Source: a virus (taxonomy: Duplodnaviria; Heunggongvirae; Uroviricota; Caudoviricetes). Taken from it: 64,000 bases of DNA. Shown in pieces: positions 29,148 to 39,911 of this stretch; position 1 is the first letter of the stretch; every line of letters begins with the position of its first letter. Location: positions 1 through 64,000 of IMG/VR virus record IMGVR_UViG_3300046008_000242; one strand, written 5' to 3'. The translations under genes were made by a program, and so were the position numbers. The notes beneath the pieces are model-generated. The model had not been told where the DNA came from. It worked only from the letters and a program-made list of their open reading frames with translations, and ran no database searches.

Positions 29148-30326
29148 TTAATTTGTTATTGTTTCGCGTTTCTTTAATTTAGAAGCATTCTTATTGTTTC
29201 TAAATTTATAACCTTCTGGCAATTCATACTCATTAGATACATCAAACCATTTTATCTCCTTACTATCATTTATATTAACAATTTGAGCCCATCCTGTATA
29301 ATTTATCTTAGAATTTGCTCTTGCATTCTTTAGTTTTTGTCTATATTCGTCCGTGAATGGTAATCTTCCTTTCTCGTATCCAACCAAATTTTGTATTTCT
29401 TCTAATGTGAATCTATGTTCATGATTTGTTTCTTTATTATGATACCATTCCGTACTATAAAATGGACTACCTTCACCTCTGATACTATCATATTGAGTAG
29501 AAGGAATCCCAGCAACAAATCCTTCTTCAACTTCATCTGGTTTAAAATACCGAATCGTTTCAGTTTCATAATTATAATATGGATTTGTTCCTGTTAATGG
29601 ATTATTTTCACCAGAATGAGATTCTGAACGTTTTTTAATTTGTTCTTCGTCCATTCCAAATCCTCTCAACCATCCTTCTGGTACATTTTCACCATTCTTA
29701 AATCTTCTCGTTTCTAATGTATCTGGATTATGAAAAAATAAATTAGCGGCATTTTTACCATAATTGGATATAATCATCTTTTGTTTAACATCGAAGCACA
29801 TACCTTTAACCCACCCTTCTGGAATTTCATCTTGAAAAAATAATCCATTTAGATTTGTCGTATTTGGATTATGATACCATTGTTTATCGTATGATGGATT
29901 ATTTTCTCCGGTTGACGCTATAGTCAATTTCTCTATCCAACCATCATACGTTCCATTTTCTTTCATACGAATAATTGCTAGATCTTCATCATATTGTCCT
30001 CTAATTCCATTAAAACCACTCCATCCATCTAGACCATCTTCAGGAATAAGATTAGCCCATTCTGATGAATTAACAATATCATATTCTTCTGAAAACGATA
30101 AAGCGAATTCACTAATCGTTTCTGGTTCATAAAACCAATCAGAAGTCCATTCTGTTACTACATTTTTAACGCCATGTTTCTTAATATGTCTAATCCAATA
30201 TGTACCAGAACCTTTATATTTTTCTACATCTTCTGATACGGTCTGACCGAAGTATCTCATATTAGTAACTGAATGACGTTTAATATAAAGACGTCTTGGA
30301 GTAAAGATTTGTTCGTTTGTTTCCAT
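29148..30326 (-). CDS. GIY-YIG (Seg-like) homing endonuclease
   Basis: LYIKRH....RYFGQT....YKGSG..W..HIKKHG; repeated WYHN..PEGW.KG and GENNP motifs. Confidence 0.88.
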   Translation of the reverse strand: METNEQIFTPRRLYIKRHSVTNMRYFGQTVSEDVEKYKGSGTYWIRHIKKHGVKNVVTEWTSDWFYEPETISEFALSFSEEYDIVNSSEWANLIPEDGLDGWSGFNGIRGQYDEDLAIIRMKENGTYDGWIEKLTIASTGENNPSYDKQWYHNPNTTNLNGLFFQDEIPEGWVKGMCFDVKQKMIISNYGKNAANLFFHNPDTLETRRFKNGENVPEGWLRGFGMDEEQIKKRSESHSGENNPLTGTNPYYNYETETIRYFKPDEVEEGFVAGIPSTQYDSIRGEGSPFYSTEWYHNKETNHEHRFTLEEIQNLVGYEKGRLPFTDEYRQKLKNARANSKINYTGWAQIVNINDSKEIKWFDVSNEYELPEGYKFRNNKNASKLKKRETITN

Positions 30327-30392
30327 TTTTATATTCTCAAGTAAGGGTTTAATGTGAAATAATTATAATACGATTTAATGGAAAACGAAAGA

Positions 30393-30431
30393 CAATAAAA
30401 ATCCCGAAAGACTTCCATCCTTCGGGATTTT
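30393..30431 (-). terminator. Terminator after major capsid gene (bidirectional)
   Basis: AAAATCCCGAA...TTCGGGATTTT. Confidence 0.8.
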
Positions 30432-30468
30432 ATAAATTACATTAGGTTTCTAACGTAACTCCTTGATT

Positions 30469-31800
30469 CTACATAAGATTTGAAATTTTGATTTTTCTAT
30501 AATAATAATTTTTTCCTTGGAACAAACCGGCGGCATCATTACCAGAAACACCAGAATCTAATGTAGCAAACGGATTAGCAACTACACCATAACGAGTAGT
30601 GAAACCAATTTTTGGTTGGAAAGTGTTTGGATCCACCGCGCGACGCAATTCTAAGGGGACGTATGGGCAATACGCTATTCCAAAATCCATCTGACTCACA
30701 CCTTTATACCCAACAACCAAATATTGGTCATTGCTCATGTTGCTTGCATATGGATCGATGAATACTTTATAACGACCATTTAAGACACCAGCAAATGTAG
30801 TAGAAGTGTCGTCAACATTCAAGTTAGTGTTTAATGCAGGAGCGTAATCTAATGCACCAGCCATAGATAAAGCGGAAGCAACGTCAGCAGAACAGATGAT
30901 GAAGTTACCGCGACCACGACGAGTCATTTGACCAACAGCATTTGCTTCGCGTTCAATTTGGAACAACAAGCCTTTGAATTTTTCAACAGACCAACGACCA
31001 TTAGAGTCAACGTCTAAGTCGAATGTACCAGCAACAGCCGTACCATTAGCAGCACCAGTTGTAGCAGACAAATAAACTGTACGGATGATTTCGCGGTTAA
31101 TCTCAGCAAGAATTTCAGTTGATAAGATGTTAACCAATTCCGCCTCAGCGTCCAACCCGTGAACAGCTTGTAAATCTTGAGCCAATTCGTTAGTGTATTC
31201 TGCTTTTAATGCACGAGATTTAGCGATAACATGAGTTTTTTCGATGCTGAATGCCATTTCACCGAATGGATCTGCACCATTTGAACCTAATGCTTCTTTG
31301 TCTGCTGTAGACATACCAACACCAGTGTTCAAACCAGATGCAAATGGATTTGTACCAGTTTGGTTGCCATTAACAGGAGTTGCTGTACCATCGAACAATG
31401 AGTTTAATTTGCCAGATGCTTCTGTGTTTGCTTCATTGTATAATGCTTCTGTTCCACCTTGTGTACCGTAACGCGATTTCATTGCGAAAACTAAACCAGT
31501 TGGTTGATACATTGGTTGGACGCCACAGATGTCATAAGCAATTAATTGTGGCATTGCGCGACGAACTAAGCTGATGAGAATTGGGTCATAACCAGCAACA
31601 CCACCTGTCGCAGCACCCGCACCACCTAATGCGATACCAGCACCACCACCGTTAGCAGGAGCGGCTTCTTTTAAGAAGTTTTCTTGGTTTTCTAATAATT
31701 GAGCAGTAACTTCACGACGGGTTTTATCAACGATTTTCGGAGCACCTTCGTGTTCTAAGATTGGAGCCCATTTTTTAAGTAATTCAGTACGAGTAGTCAT
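30469..31800 (-). CDS. 23: Major capsid protein gp23
   Basis: KWAPIL, DPILISLVRR, CGVQPM, SRALKAEY, GRWSVEKFKGL, TFQPKIGF.TRYG. Confidence 0.98.
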   Translation of the reverse strand: MTTRTELLKKWAPILEHEGAPKIVDKTRREVTAQLLENQENFLKEAAPANGGGAGIALGGAGAATGGVAGYDPILISLVRRAMPQLIAYDICGVQPMYQPTGLVFAMKSRYGTQGGTEALYNEANTEASGKLNSLFDGTATPVNGNQTGTNPFASGLNTGVGMSTADKEALGSNGADPFGEMAFSIEKTHVIAKSRALKAEYTNELAQDLQAVHGLDAEAELVNILSTEILAEINREIIRTVYLSATTGAANGTAVAGTFDLDVDSNGRWSVEKFKGLLFQIEREANAVGQMTRRGRGNFIICSADVASALSMAGALDYAPALNTNLNVDDTSTTFAGVLNGRYKVFIDPYASNMSNDQYLVVGYKGVSQMDFGIAYCPYVPLELRRAVDPNTFQPKIGFTTRYGVVANPFATLDSGVSGNDAAGLFQGKNYYYRKIKISNLM

Positions 31801-31826
31801 TTTGTATAATTCCTTTTGGTATAATA

Positions 31827-32744
31827 TTAATTGGTATAACGGCTAAGAGCAGCAGCATATGCTGAAACATTTGAATCTACAGTTTGAGGAACAACGATAG
31901 TTTCTTCAGTTAGAACAGGAGAATCAGTTACAGGAGATCCAACGATTGGTTTAGAACCTTTGAAGTAATGTTCCGTGATGGTGTGTAGTTTTGTGCGGAA
32001 TTTATCATTATCCGTGAAAGATAATTCAGAAGCTAATTCGCGGAATTTGTCCGCTTCAACGAGAGTCAATTTAGATGTAAATTCTTCGATGATGGCAGAG
32101 CGTTTTGAAGATTCAATTTCTTTTTTGTATTTGACAGTAGAATCAACAGTTTCTTTCAATTTTAATTTGAGAGATTCATTTTCTTCAGATAATTGTTTTA
32201 CAACATCTAATTGAGTAGAAGGTAAGTCGATGTAACTAGATTCAAATAGACCTTTCATGTTGGTAATGAAACCTTCAACAATTTCAGATTTCAAACCCGC
32301 TTCCACAGAAACTTTATTTTTTTCAACCCAAGATTGAGCTGCGTAATCCAAATAACCATCAATTTGTTCAGATAATACTTCAGCTTGTTTATTGAAAACA
32401 TCTTCATTAACTTTTTGGAAATCAATGAATTTGGTTTCGAAGGTTGTTTCTAAATCTTCAAATTTAGATTCATAGATTGAACTTAATGATTCATGTTTGG
32501 TTTCATAAGTTGATTCCAATTCTGAGTATTTAGATTCATAGATAGATTCTAGTTCATCACTCATTGCTTTAGCTTTATTGACAACAGCAGATTCAAAGAT
32601 CGCTGATGCTTTTGACTTGAATTCTTCAGTGAATTCTTCACCTTCGAATAAGCTGTCAATTGATTCCATAATAGTTTTTCCTGTTGATTCGCCGTTTCGT
32701 AACGACTCTAATAATTTTTGTTCGATAGTCATCAAAAACTCCAT
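31827..32744 (-). CDS. 22: Prohead core scaffold gp22
   Basis: EEFKSKASAIFESAV, IDGYLDY....W, GLKSEIVEGFI. Confidence 0.93.
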   Translation of the reverse strand: MEFLMTIEQKLLESLRNGESTGKTIMESIDSLFEGEEFTEEFKSKASAIFESAVVNKAKAMSDELESIYESKYSELESTYETKHESLSSIYESKFEDLETTFETKFIDFQKVNEDVFNKQAEVLSEQIDGYLDYAAQSWVEKNKVSVEAGLKSEIVEGFITNMKGLFESSYIDLPSTQLDVVKQLSEENESLKLKLKETVDSTVKYKKEIESSKRSAIIEEFTSKLTLVEADKFRELASELSFTDNDKFRTKLHTITEHYFKGSKPIVGSPVTDSPVLTEETIVVPQTVDSNVSAYAAALSRYTN

Positions 32745-32782
32745 TCTTTATTCATATATCAATTATTTATTAAAGATATTTT

Positions 32783-33436
32783 TCACTTGATAGAATTCAA
32801 GAATCGTTGGAATTGTTCAAGACAGACTTTTTGTCTATCGGGTCTGTTAGAACGTTCTATGATATGTTTAGATTCATCAATTTGTTTCTGGGTAAAGATT
32901 CCATTAACATTGACCCATTCGACGCCTTCCATGATGCCATTAACCCAGCAATCGATACCAGAAGGTTCAGAAACAATATCAATTGTTCTTAGATAGAAAT
33001 CATCTTGGACTTCATTGATGCCATCTTTACGTTGAGATAACGAACCAACACCCCTAGAGGAAACACCAATTTTTACACCTTCGTCTAATAGACATTTGGC
33101 AATATATCCTTTGGGCATCGATTCTAAGATTTTAGCCTTACCGATAACATTATTGCCATCAAATTTTAATTCTGTGATTAGATGAGAAATGTTTTCTGGC
33201 ATTACATTTAATGTATCAGGATGACCTAATTCACCAGTAGAACGATTTTCTTTAATAAGAGTTTGGAAGTTTTTGACTTCACGTTCCATTACATGTTTAG
33301 GATAATTTCTACCATTTCTGTTTGGCGTTTCTGCTTGTAGGAAACACCCTTCAATGTAAAATTGTTTTTTATTGTTGGTTCCGACTTCTTCCGTGATGTA
33401 AGAAACCGATTCCGATAATTCTGTAATTAGTTTCAT
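32783..33436 (-). CDS. 21: Prohead protease gp21
   Basis: MKLITE, IEG.FLQAE..NRNGRNYP, GELGHP, GVSSRGVGS. Confidence 0.96.
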   Translation of the reverse strand: MKLITELSESVSYITEEVGTNNKKQFYIEGCFLQAETPNRNGRNYPKHVMEREVKNFQTLIKENRSTGELGHPDTLNVMPENISHLITELKFDGNNVIGKAKILESMPKGYIAKCLLDEGVKIGVSSRGVGSLSQRKDGINEVQDDFYLRTIDIVSEPSGIDCWVNGIMEGVEWVNVNGIFTQKQIDESKHIIERSNRPDRQKVCLEQFQRFLNSIK

Positions 33437-33865
33437 TTAAGAACCTATGGTGTTGATATTATCATATACACCTAATGTCGATGTATCATATTTGGTGGTA
33501 TATCCATCTTGCTTTCTAAGACGAATGAAAAGTTCACCGATACCACCAGTGATTCTGATGTGTATATTTTGGTCTTGGGCAACTGGATCTGGGGGACAAG
33601 TAGCACCCGTCATTTCAACCCCACCAGCAATGGTACTAGCACTGAATGTACAAATTTGAACATTGTTTCTGGTTACATAGAATGTAGTTGTTGATTCACC
33701 AGACCATTGGTATCCAGCGATATGAACTTTTTGAGTTCCAGTGAGAACTTCATCTGGCATTTTTAATTCAGATAAGAGAATATCACCTTCATCACCATCA
33801 ACTCCCCAAATTTTAACATAACATTCTTTAGATGTTAATTTTACGAGTTGTTTTTGGAATGCCAT
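33437..33865 (-). CDS. Conserved head-module protein (gp68 position)
   Basis: Between gp67 and gp21; translationally coupled. Confidence 0.7.
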   Translation of the reverse strand: MAFQKQLVKLTSKECYVKIWGVDGDEGDILLSELKMPDEVLTGTQKVHIAGYQWSGESTTTFYVTRNNVQICTFSASTIAGGVEMTGATCPPDPVAQDQNIHIRITGGIGELFIRLRKQDGYTTKYDTSTLGVYDNINTIGS

Positions 33866-34017
33866 TATTCATCTTCTTTATTGAATAGAGTTTTAGCAAT
33901 TTCTTTCTTTTTTTCATCTAGACGTTTGCCAACTTTATCTAACATAATTTTATCGAAAGATTCTTGGATCTGTAATACATCACCATTTTCTAATGCAGTT
34001 AATAATTCGTTTTCCAT
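33865..34017 (-). CDS. 67: Prohead core protein gp67-like (50 aa, below cutoff)
   Basis: MENELLTALENGD....ESFDKIMLDKV..RLDEKKKEIAK; AAGGAG SD; synteny. Confidence 0.75.
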   Translation of the reverse strand: MENELLTALENGDVLQIQESFDKIMLDKVGKRLDEKKKEIAKTLFNKEDE

Positions 34018-34032
34018 TTTGTGTCTCCTTTG

Positions 34033-35511
34033 TTATTCTTCTTCGGGTTGTTCAATTTCTAATTCGGGTTTTTCTTTATCCATTTTTTCTTGGATCTCTT
34101 GAATTTCTTCATCAGATTGTTTTAATACATTTTTCTTGACCCAAGAAGTGTCAAAGTATTTACCCACATAAGCGTCAACCACTTGTAATGTTGATAATCT
34201 ATTTTGTAATACATCAGATTCCGATAATTCGGCGAAATGATTATCGTCGTGAAAATCAAATCGTATTTGTTTTTCTATTTTGGAGAAATCTTCATACGTT
34301 ATAATTCCTTTTAGTACGCATTGTAATCTTAATGCTTCCATGAATAATCTTGAGAATTTGGAACGTAATCTAGTGATGAATTTAGAAAATTTAATCTCAT
34401 CTCTAGTTATCTCACCAGCTCTTCCGATAGAAAATGTTTGTTCTGGAATCAATCTTGTAATCGGTACATGAAGAGATCTAAACAATTTATTCTGGAAGTA
34501 GTTCACGTCATCTAGGGCACTTAAATTCGCACCTCCAGGTAGAGTAGTTATCTCAGTAGTTTTTGAATTATCTCTACGAGGCAACCAATAATCTTCCATC
34601 ATGGATTGATTCTGTTTATTATCATTGATTTCACCAGTGGTACTGTTAAAAACCAATTTGTTTCTAAACCTTGCCATCGTGTCTTGAATATATTGGTCAG
34701 CTTTCGCTTTATTAAGATTACCAACATCAATGTAAAATACTCTACGTTCAGGAGCTCTAGATACCCTATAGATTACAAGCGATTCTTCTGTATATTTTAA
34801 TGAATTTACAATTTTGATGGAATTATGTAAATGACTACGTATCATTCCTGTATTATAATCAACGATTCCAGATGTTGCGCAAAATACAGATTCTAATGAA
34901 AGTTTAACGCCACTTTTTGCGTTGGCATTAATTCCAGCATCATTAAACAAGTAATACTGTTCTCCAGATTTCTTAATATCATTGCCATGAGAATCCTTCT
35001 CGACAATCATTTCCTTGACTTTTCTAATCTTCCTAGGATCCACGTATCTTAATTCCTGGATACCTTTTTTTGGATTATCCGTATCCACTACAGCATGAAA
35101 ATAAGCCTTTCCGTCGATATACCATTGTCTGAATGTATCGTATCCTTTATCACTAAAATCATATAGATCTAGGATCTCGGTGAATTCGGATATAAATGCC
35201 TTCTTAACATTTTCAGATAAAGAATCAATATGATTTAGATTTAATGCAACAGGTTGAGCATCAGGAGTCACGGAAATGGCTTCATTAACAATTTCCTCGA
35301 TTGCATTAGAACAATCTGGATATTCTGCGACCTGTCTATATCTTCTGATTAAATCATTTTCATCTTTTACAATTCCATCTAGATCTAAAGATACACCGTA
35401 AAATGAAGAAGTTGATACAATAGAACCATCATCATTAGAAGGTGGTATAAACGAATCCACCTTCTTCATTTTATCGGATTTCTTTTTAATAGAAATACCG
35501 AAAATATCCAT
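34033..35511 (-). CDS. 20: Portal protein gp20
   Basis: IYRVSRAPERRVFYIDVGNL, MMEDYWLPRR, TEITTLPGG, EITRDEIKF. Confidence 0.97.
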   Translation of the reverse strand: MDIFGISIKKKSDKMKKVDSFIPPSNDDGSIVSTSSFYGVSLDLDGIVKDENDLIRRYRQVAEYPDCSNAIEEIVNEAISVTPDAQPVALNLNHIDSLSENVKKAFISEFTEILDLYDFSDKGYDTFRQWYIDGKAYFHAVVDTDNPKKGIQELRYVDPRKIRKVKEMIVEKDSHGNDIKKSGEQYYLFNDAGINANAKSGVKLSLESVFCATSGIVDYNTGMIRSHLHNSIKIVNSLKYTEESLVIYRVSRAPERRVFYIDVGNLNKAKADQYIQDTMARFRNKLVFNSTTGEINDNKQNQSMMEDYWLPRRDNSKTTEITTLPGGANLSALDDVNYFQNKLFRSLHVPITRLIPEQTFSIGRAGEITRDEIKFSKFITRLRSKFSRLFMEALRLQCVLKGIITYEDFSKIEKQIRFDFHDDNHFAELSESDVLQNRLSTLQVVDAYVGKYFDTSWVKKNVLKQSDEEIQEIQEKMDKEKPELEIEQPEEE

Positions 35512-35514
35512 AAT

Positions 35515-36147
35515 TTAACTCGCAGATGAAGCTGAATTTTCAAACCCTTCAGAAGGAGAATGAATTGTATTATCTTTGGTTTTGGTTGCTTCACTTGAAT
35601 TTTTGTTATCTTGGTCAACAAAATAATCGTATGTAAATTCTACATCAAATTCTTCGATAGCATTTTCGTTATCGTATCCCAAGGCAATTTCACCAACATT
35701 GGTTGGATATGCATTATGGAATGTATATGTTCTCAACAAACCACCGTTACGATCCATCTGGTCAACATGCAAGATAGCTGAATAAGCAGAATGCGTTAAT
35801 TCACCACCAATAGAATCATTTTCTGAAATCATATAAGACCAATTCTCAAACAATCCACGTAATTCGAATGCATTATTGTTATAGAATGTCAATGTCCAAG
35901 GATTAAATGTTTTTTCACCAGCAAAATTAACTGTCTTACCTCGATATTTTGCTTCAACATTATTGATTGTGTATGATGGAATTGATGCAGCCTTACATAA
36001 AAGCAAATTACCAGTTGTATCAAATGATGTTGGTACAATAGTTGTATCCGCTGCCGCTGTATTCGCTGTAATACCAACTCTATATTGGTTTGCTCTAGCA
36101 CCACCACGTTTTAATTGCGATTTGAAATTTTCAATAGTGTTAGCCAT
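35515..36147 (-). CDS. 19: Tail tube protein gp19
   Basis: GGARANQY, CKAASIP, AGEKTF.PW, IEEFDVEFTYDY. Confidence 0.93.
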   Translation of the reverse strand: MANTIENFKSQLKRGGARANQYRVGITANTAAADTTIVPTSFDTTGNLLLCKAASIPSYTINNVEAKYRGKTVNFAGEKTFNPWTLTFYNNNAFELRGLFENWSYMISENDSIGGELTHSAYSAILHVDQMDRNGGLLRTYTFHNAYPTNVGEIALGYDNENAIEEFDVEFTYDYFVDQDNKNSSEATKTKDNTIHSPSEGFENSASSAS

Positions 36148-36174
36148 TATTGTTCCTAAGTTTATTTGTTTATT

Positions 36175-37455
36175 TTATTTATTAACAGAAGGACATGGTT
36201 TATAATATCCTTTCGTAAATTGAGGATTCCTTAATAGAAATTCTTCAAATGATAATTGTTCGTTTTCTTCTTTTGTGTATCTAATACTTTTAGAACCATC
36301 GTTATAGTATTTGCATCCAGAACTTTCTCCACACTTTTGTCCTCTAACGAATTCAGGATTCTGAGATAGAAATTCTTCGAATGATAATTTAGATTGTTGT
36401 TTTAAAGTGTATCTGAAATTTGTAATTCCATCTGTGTAATTTTCATATTTAGATGGATCTACAAATAATCCTTTTACAAATTCGAGATTCTGAGATAGAA
36501 ATTCTTCGAATGGTAATTCAGATTGTTGTTCTAATGTATATCTGTAATTTTTGGAACCATCATTATATGTAATCGTTCCAGCAATAGATTTTTCAGATTT
36601 ACATTGTCCTTTCGAAAATTGAAGGTTCTTAGATAGAAATTCTTCAAATGATAATTCAGATTGTTGAATGATTGTATATTTGAAATTGGTATTACCATCA
36701 GTGTACCATTTAGATCCTTTTGAAGTTTTAAAATCTTCACTTCTTCCTTCCATAAATTGAGGATTCAATTCCATAAATTCTTCAAACGACATTTCTAATT
36801 GTTGTTTTGGTGTATATTTTACATCATTGATTCCGTCGTTATACCATTTGAATCCAGCATTCTTTGGACCACCTATTTTACCACCAGATAATCCACCCTT
36901 TCTACAATCCGCAATAAATTTATCAAAATCTCTTTCTTTTCTCGCTTTATTACATTCGCTTGCATATTCTCGTCGTTGTTCTAATGTATATCCAAAGAAT
37001 CCAACACCTTTTAATTTACAAACCGCTGCTCCAATTTTACCACCATTAGAACTTCTTTTTAATAATACATCTCTTGGAGTATTAGCTATACGTCGTTTTG
37101 AATAAAAAGATCGTTGTTCGAATGTCAATGCATGTATTCCAATTTTTCTTTCCACAACAATAGAACCAAATGATACATTACCCTTACCACCAACTACCAA
37201 ATTGTATGTATCTTCTCTATCGATAAAATCTTGGTCTACTATAATCCCTTCCATCCTAAATGCCATTTCCGATGTTGAAAATGCCATCAAAGTATCTCGT
37301 TTAAAATTATTTCTACCGTGTTTCTTTATTGCAGCAGATAAAATCTTATTTGAACCAAAATACCCATCGAATTCCTTCTTAGATGTCTTATGCACACCAA
37401 CGTAAATTTTACCATTAACCAAATTTGTAGTCTTATAAACAATGTATCTAATCAT
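36175..37455 (-). CDS. GIY-YIG (Seg-like) homing endonuclease with five C-terminal repeats
   Basis: YIVYKTTNLVNGKIYVGVH...DGYFGS; 5x (W/Y)xxDG..N.RYT..QQ.ELSFEEFL..NP.F.KG. Confidence 0.9.
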   Translation of the reverse strand: MIRYIVYKTTNLVNGKIYVGVHKTSKKEFDGYFGSNKILSAAIKKHGRNNFKRDTLMAFSTSEMAFRMEGIIVDQDFIDREDTYNLVVGGKGNVSFGSIVVERKIGIHALTFEQRSFYSKRRIANTPRDVLLKRSSNGGKIGAAVCKLKGVGFFGYTLEQRREYASECNKARKERDFDKFIADCRKGGLSGGKIGGPKNAGFKWYNDGINDVKYTPKQQLEMSFEEFMELNPQFMEGRSEDFKTSKGSKWYTDGNTNFKYTIIQQSELSFEEFLSKNLQFSKGQCKSEKSIAGTITYNDGSKNYRYTLEQQSELPFEEFLSQNLEFVKGLFVDPSKYENYTDGITNFRYTLKQQSKLSFEEFLSQNPEFVRGQKCGESSGCKYYNDGSKSIRYTKEENEQLSFEEFLLRNPQFTKGYYKPCPSVNK

Positions 37456-37458
37456 ATC

Positions 37459-37534
37459 AATCTCACCTTTAATCTCATAATGTTATTATTACATATATGG
37501 ATTAAAGGTGAACATATTGATTAAAGGTGAGATT
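37459..37534 (-). promoter_or_regulatory. RBS-sequestering hairpin upstream of endonuclease
   Basis: Perfect 16-bp inverted repeat 37459-37474/37519-37534 covering AAAGGTGA SD; second 12-bp arm at 37500-37511. Confidence 0.65.
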
Positions 37535-39747
37535 TATCCTGAAGTGGAAAAAGAAGCAGATTGACGAGTGGCGATAAAATTCAGAGTTATGAAATTGACC
37601 GAATAATTCGGCTTCACGTAAAGATCTGCTACGAAATTATTAGTTTCAATTGTACCAGCGGTATTATTAGTAGAATCGCAGACCACTTTGAAATCATATA
37701 CACCGCGTCTACCTTTGATGTCTTTTAAGAAAGGTTCGACAGCATTTCTGAATTGAGTTCTTGTGAATTCGTCATTCAATTCAAATAATGTATATTGAGC
37801 TGTTTTTTCAATAGATTCTTCTAAGAAGATGAATAACATTCTTGTACCAATTCTATCAAAAGTAGAAGGTTTACTCAATAATGTTTTATCACCATATAAT
37901 ACAGTACCTTGACCTTTGAAAGATACGACTGGATTGATACCACTTGGATATAATGCATCTCTATCAGCTTTGTTTGGATTAACAGCTAATTTGACAACAT
38001 TTTTGATTTGACCTTTAGAGAAACCAGCTGGAGAATCCCATGGTTCATTTACTCTAGCAGCTAGACCAGCAATATCGCCATTTAATGGAACCCAGATGAA
38101 TTTGTCATTGAATCTATCATATTGATATTTGTAACCAGAGTCTAGAACACCCCATGAACTTGAAGGTAGAGTATCTCGGAATTCAATGATTTTGGTGATG
38201 GCAGAAGAAGTGTTGCCAATAATAATTTCATCAGTGATTGCATCAATAGGAGAAATGAACGCAACGCAATTTCTTCTGAATTCAGCTACACTTTGGATAG
38301 CATATTTGGCTACAACAGAAGTTGATTTACCAGTGATTAAGAATTTGAATTTGTATTGTTCTTTATTTTTCAATAGAGAATATGCATCAAGGATATTTGC
38401 TTCTATTACTTCAAAATCATCTTTACCACCAACAAATTGTAAATTGATTGGACGAACTAACGTTTTGAAAGAGGCATCAGCCGGCATATCTTCTAATCTA
38501 GAACCCCAGTTGTGACCAGTTGAACCTAAAGAGGTTGGATGGTCTGTCCAGCGGATATAAGAAGAACTAGAATTGATTACAGATTTATAATACGCAGAGG
38601 TGCCATCTTCTTTTCTTGCGTCAGCAGCTTTAGATAGATAAGAATATTTTTCTAAGATTGAACCTGGAACACCCGTAATTGTACCGTCTTTATCGATAAC
38701 TAGGATATGGATTTCATCTAGAGCATTTGATACATTTCTAGAGGAAGCAAATACAGTTGTTGATGGTTTCTTGAATAAAGCAGAATATTCTTCAGCAATA
38801 GAAACTCTAGTATTCGTCATAGACGCTACAGGAGTTTGAGTTTCCAATGTTAATGTTAAAGATGTATCAGATTCAACAGAAGATACAGTACCGATTACAG
38901 AACCCGCAGAAGATTTAAGGATAGAACCTGGGAAAACTTCTTTGGTGAATAATGTACTTGAACCTGTTACAACTTTAGACGAAGTTACAGAAGTGATTGA
39001 ACCGGTTAATGTACTATAATCAAATGTATTATTGTCTAATACGATGACTCCAATAGAATTACCGATAGAACCTGGGAATTTAGCAATAAATTCACCGACG
39101 TTGGCTTCACCATTTGCGTAATTCGTATCATAAAAATCATCATTATTTACTTTAATAGAAGAACCTGGTAGGATAGTTACGTATCCAGCAACAGAACCAT
39201 TAACAGGAGTAGATACCCCAGCAGAAACTAATGTTGAACCTGCATAATAAGAACCGACAACACCTTTTGTATTATCAACAGATTTTAAGATTAACTTACC
39301 TTTGAATTCAGAAGCAAGAACCAATAAGTTTAATACAACGTCAGCATTGATTGCAGTGGCAATTTCAGCGATAGTGGTTTGTGTAGTTAATGTGAACGTT
39401 TTTTCTGTACCACCAGTTACAGTAAATTTAATCACATCGTTTGTTGCAATTAAAGGTTTAGATACGGCGTTTCTGTTGCCAAGAGTATCCAATCGAACAT
39501 TCAACAAATTATCAGAATACGATAAGAAGTTTAACGCTGTATGGAAATCTCGAGTTACGTTATCTACATTGTTTGGTTTGAAAAATTGTTCTAAAAGAGC
39601 TTTTTCTGAATTGATTGTAGTTGGTTCCATTACAGGACCCCATCTATAAACACCAGCAAATGCCGCTGCTGGAGAAGTAACAGCAACTGTTACCACAGCA
39701 TTGTCGATTTCATTTGACTGGATTCCAGGCGAAATTTGATATGACAT
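37534..39747 (-). CDS. 18: Tail sheath protein gp18
   Basis: ISPGIQSNEID, WGPV, DSGYKYQYDRFND.F.WVPLNGDIAGL, LYGDKT. Confidence 0.97.
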   Translation of the reverse strand: MSYQISPGIQSNEIDNAVVTVAVTSPAAAFAGVYRWGPVMEPTTINSEKALLEQFFKPNNVDNVTRDFHTALNFLSYSDNLLNVRLDTLGNRNAVSKPLIATNDVIKFTVTGGTEKTFTLTTQTTIAEIATAINADVVLNLLVLASEFKGKLILKSVDNTKGVVGSYYAGSTLVSAGVSTPVNGSVAGYVTILPGSSIKVNNDDFYDTNYANGEANVGEFIAKFPGSIGNSIGVIVLDNNTFDYSTLTGSITSVTSSKVVTGSSTLFTKEVFPGSILKSSAGSVIGTVSSVESDTSLTLTLETQTPVASMTNTRVSIAEEYSALFKKPSTTVFASSRNVSNALDEIHILVIDKDGTITGVPGSILEKYSYLSKAADARKEDGTSAYYKSVINSSSSYIRWTDHPTSLGSTGHNWGSRLEDMPADASFKTLVRPINLQFVGGKDDFEVIEANILDAYSLLKNKEQYKFKFLITGKSTSVVAKYAIQSVAEFRRNCVAFISPIDAITDEIIIGNTSSAITKIIEFRDTLPSSSWGVLDSGYKYQYDRFNDKFIWVPLNGDIAGLAARVNEPWDSPAGFSKGQIKNVVKLAVNPNKADRDALYPSGINPVVSFKGQGTVLYGDKTLLSKPSTFDRIGTRMLFIFLEESIEKTAQYTLFELNDEFTRTQFRNAVEPFLKDIKGRRGVYDFKVVCDSTNNTAGTIETNNFVADLYVKPNYSVNFITLNFIATRQSASFSTSG

Positions 39748-39911
39748 ATAGGAATTCCTTATTATTGTGTATGGATTGTTTCTTTATTATTATTTATTAG
39801 ATTTTGTAAAGGATTCATATTCCTTTAGATTGTCGTATAGAAATGTTCTATACGATTGTATTTAATGACATTATTTTGTTGTAAAATAAATGATTATATG
39901 TATTTGAATAT

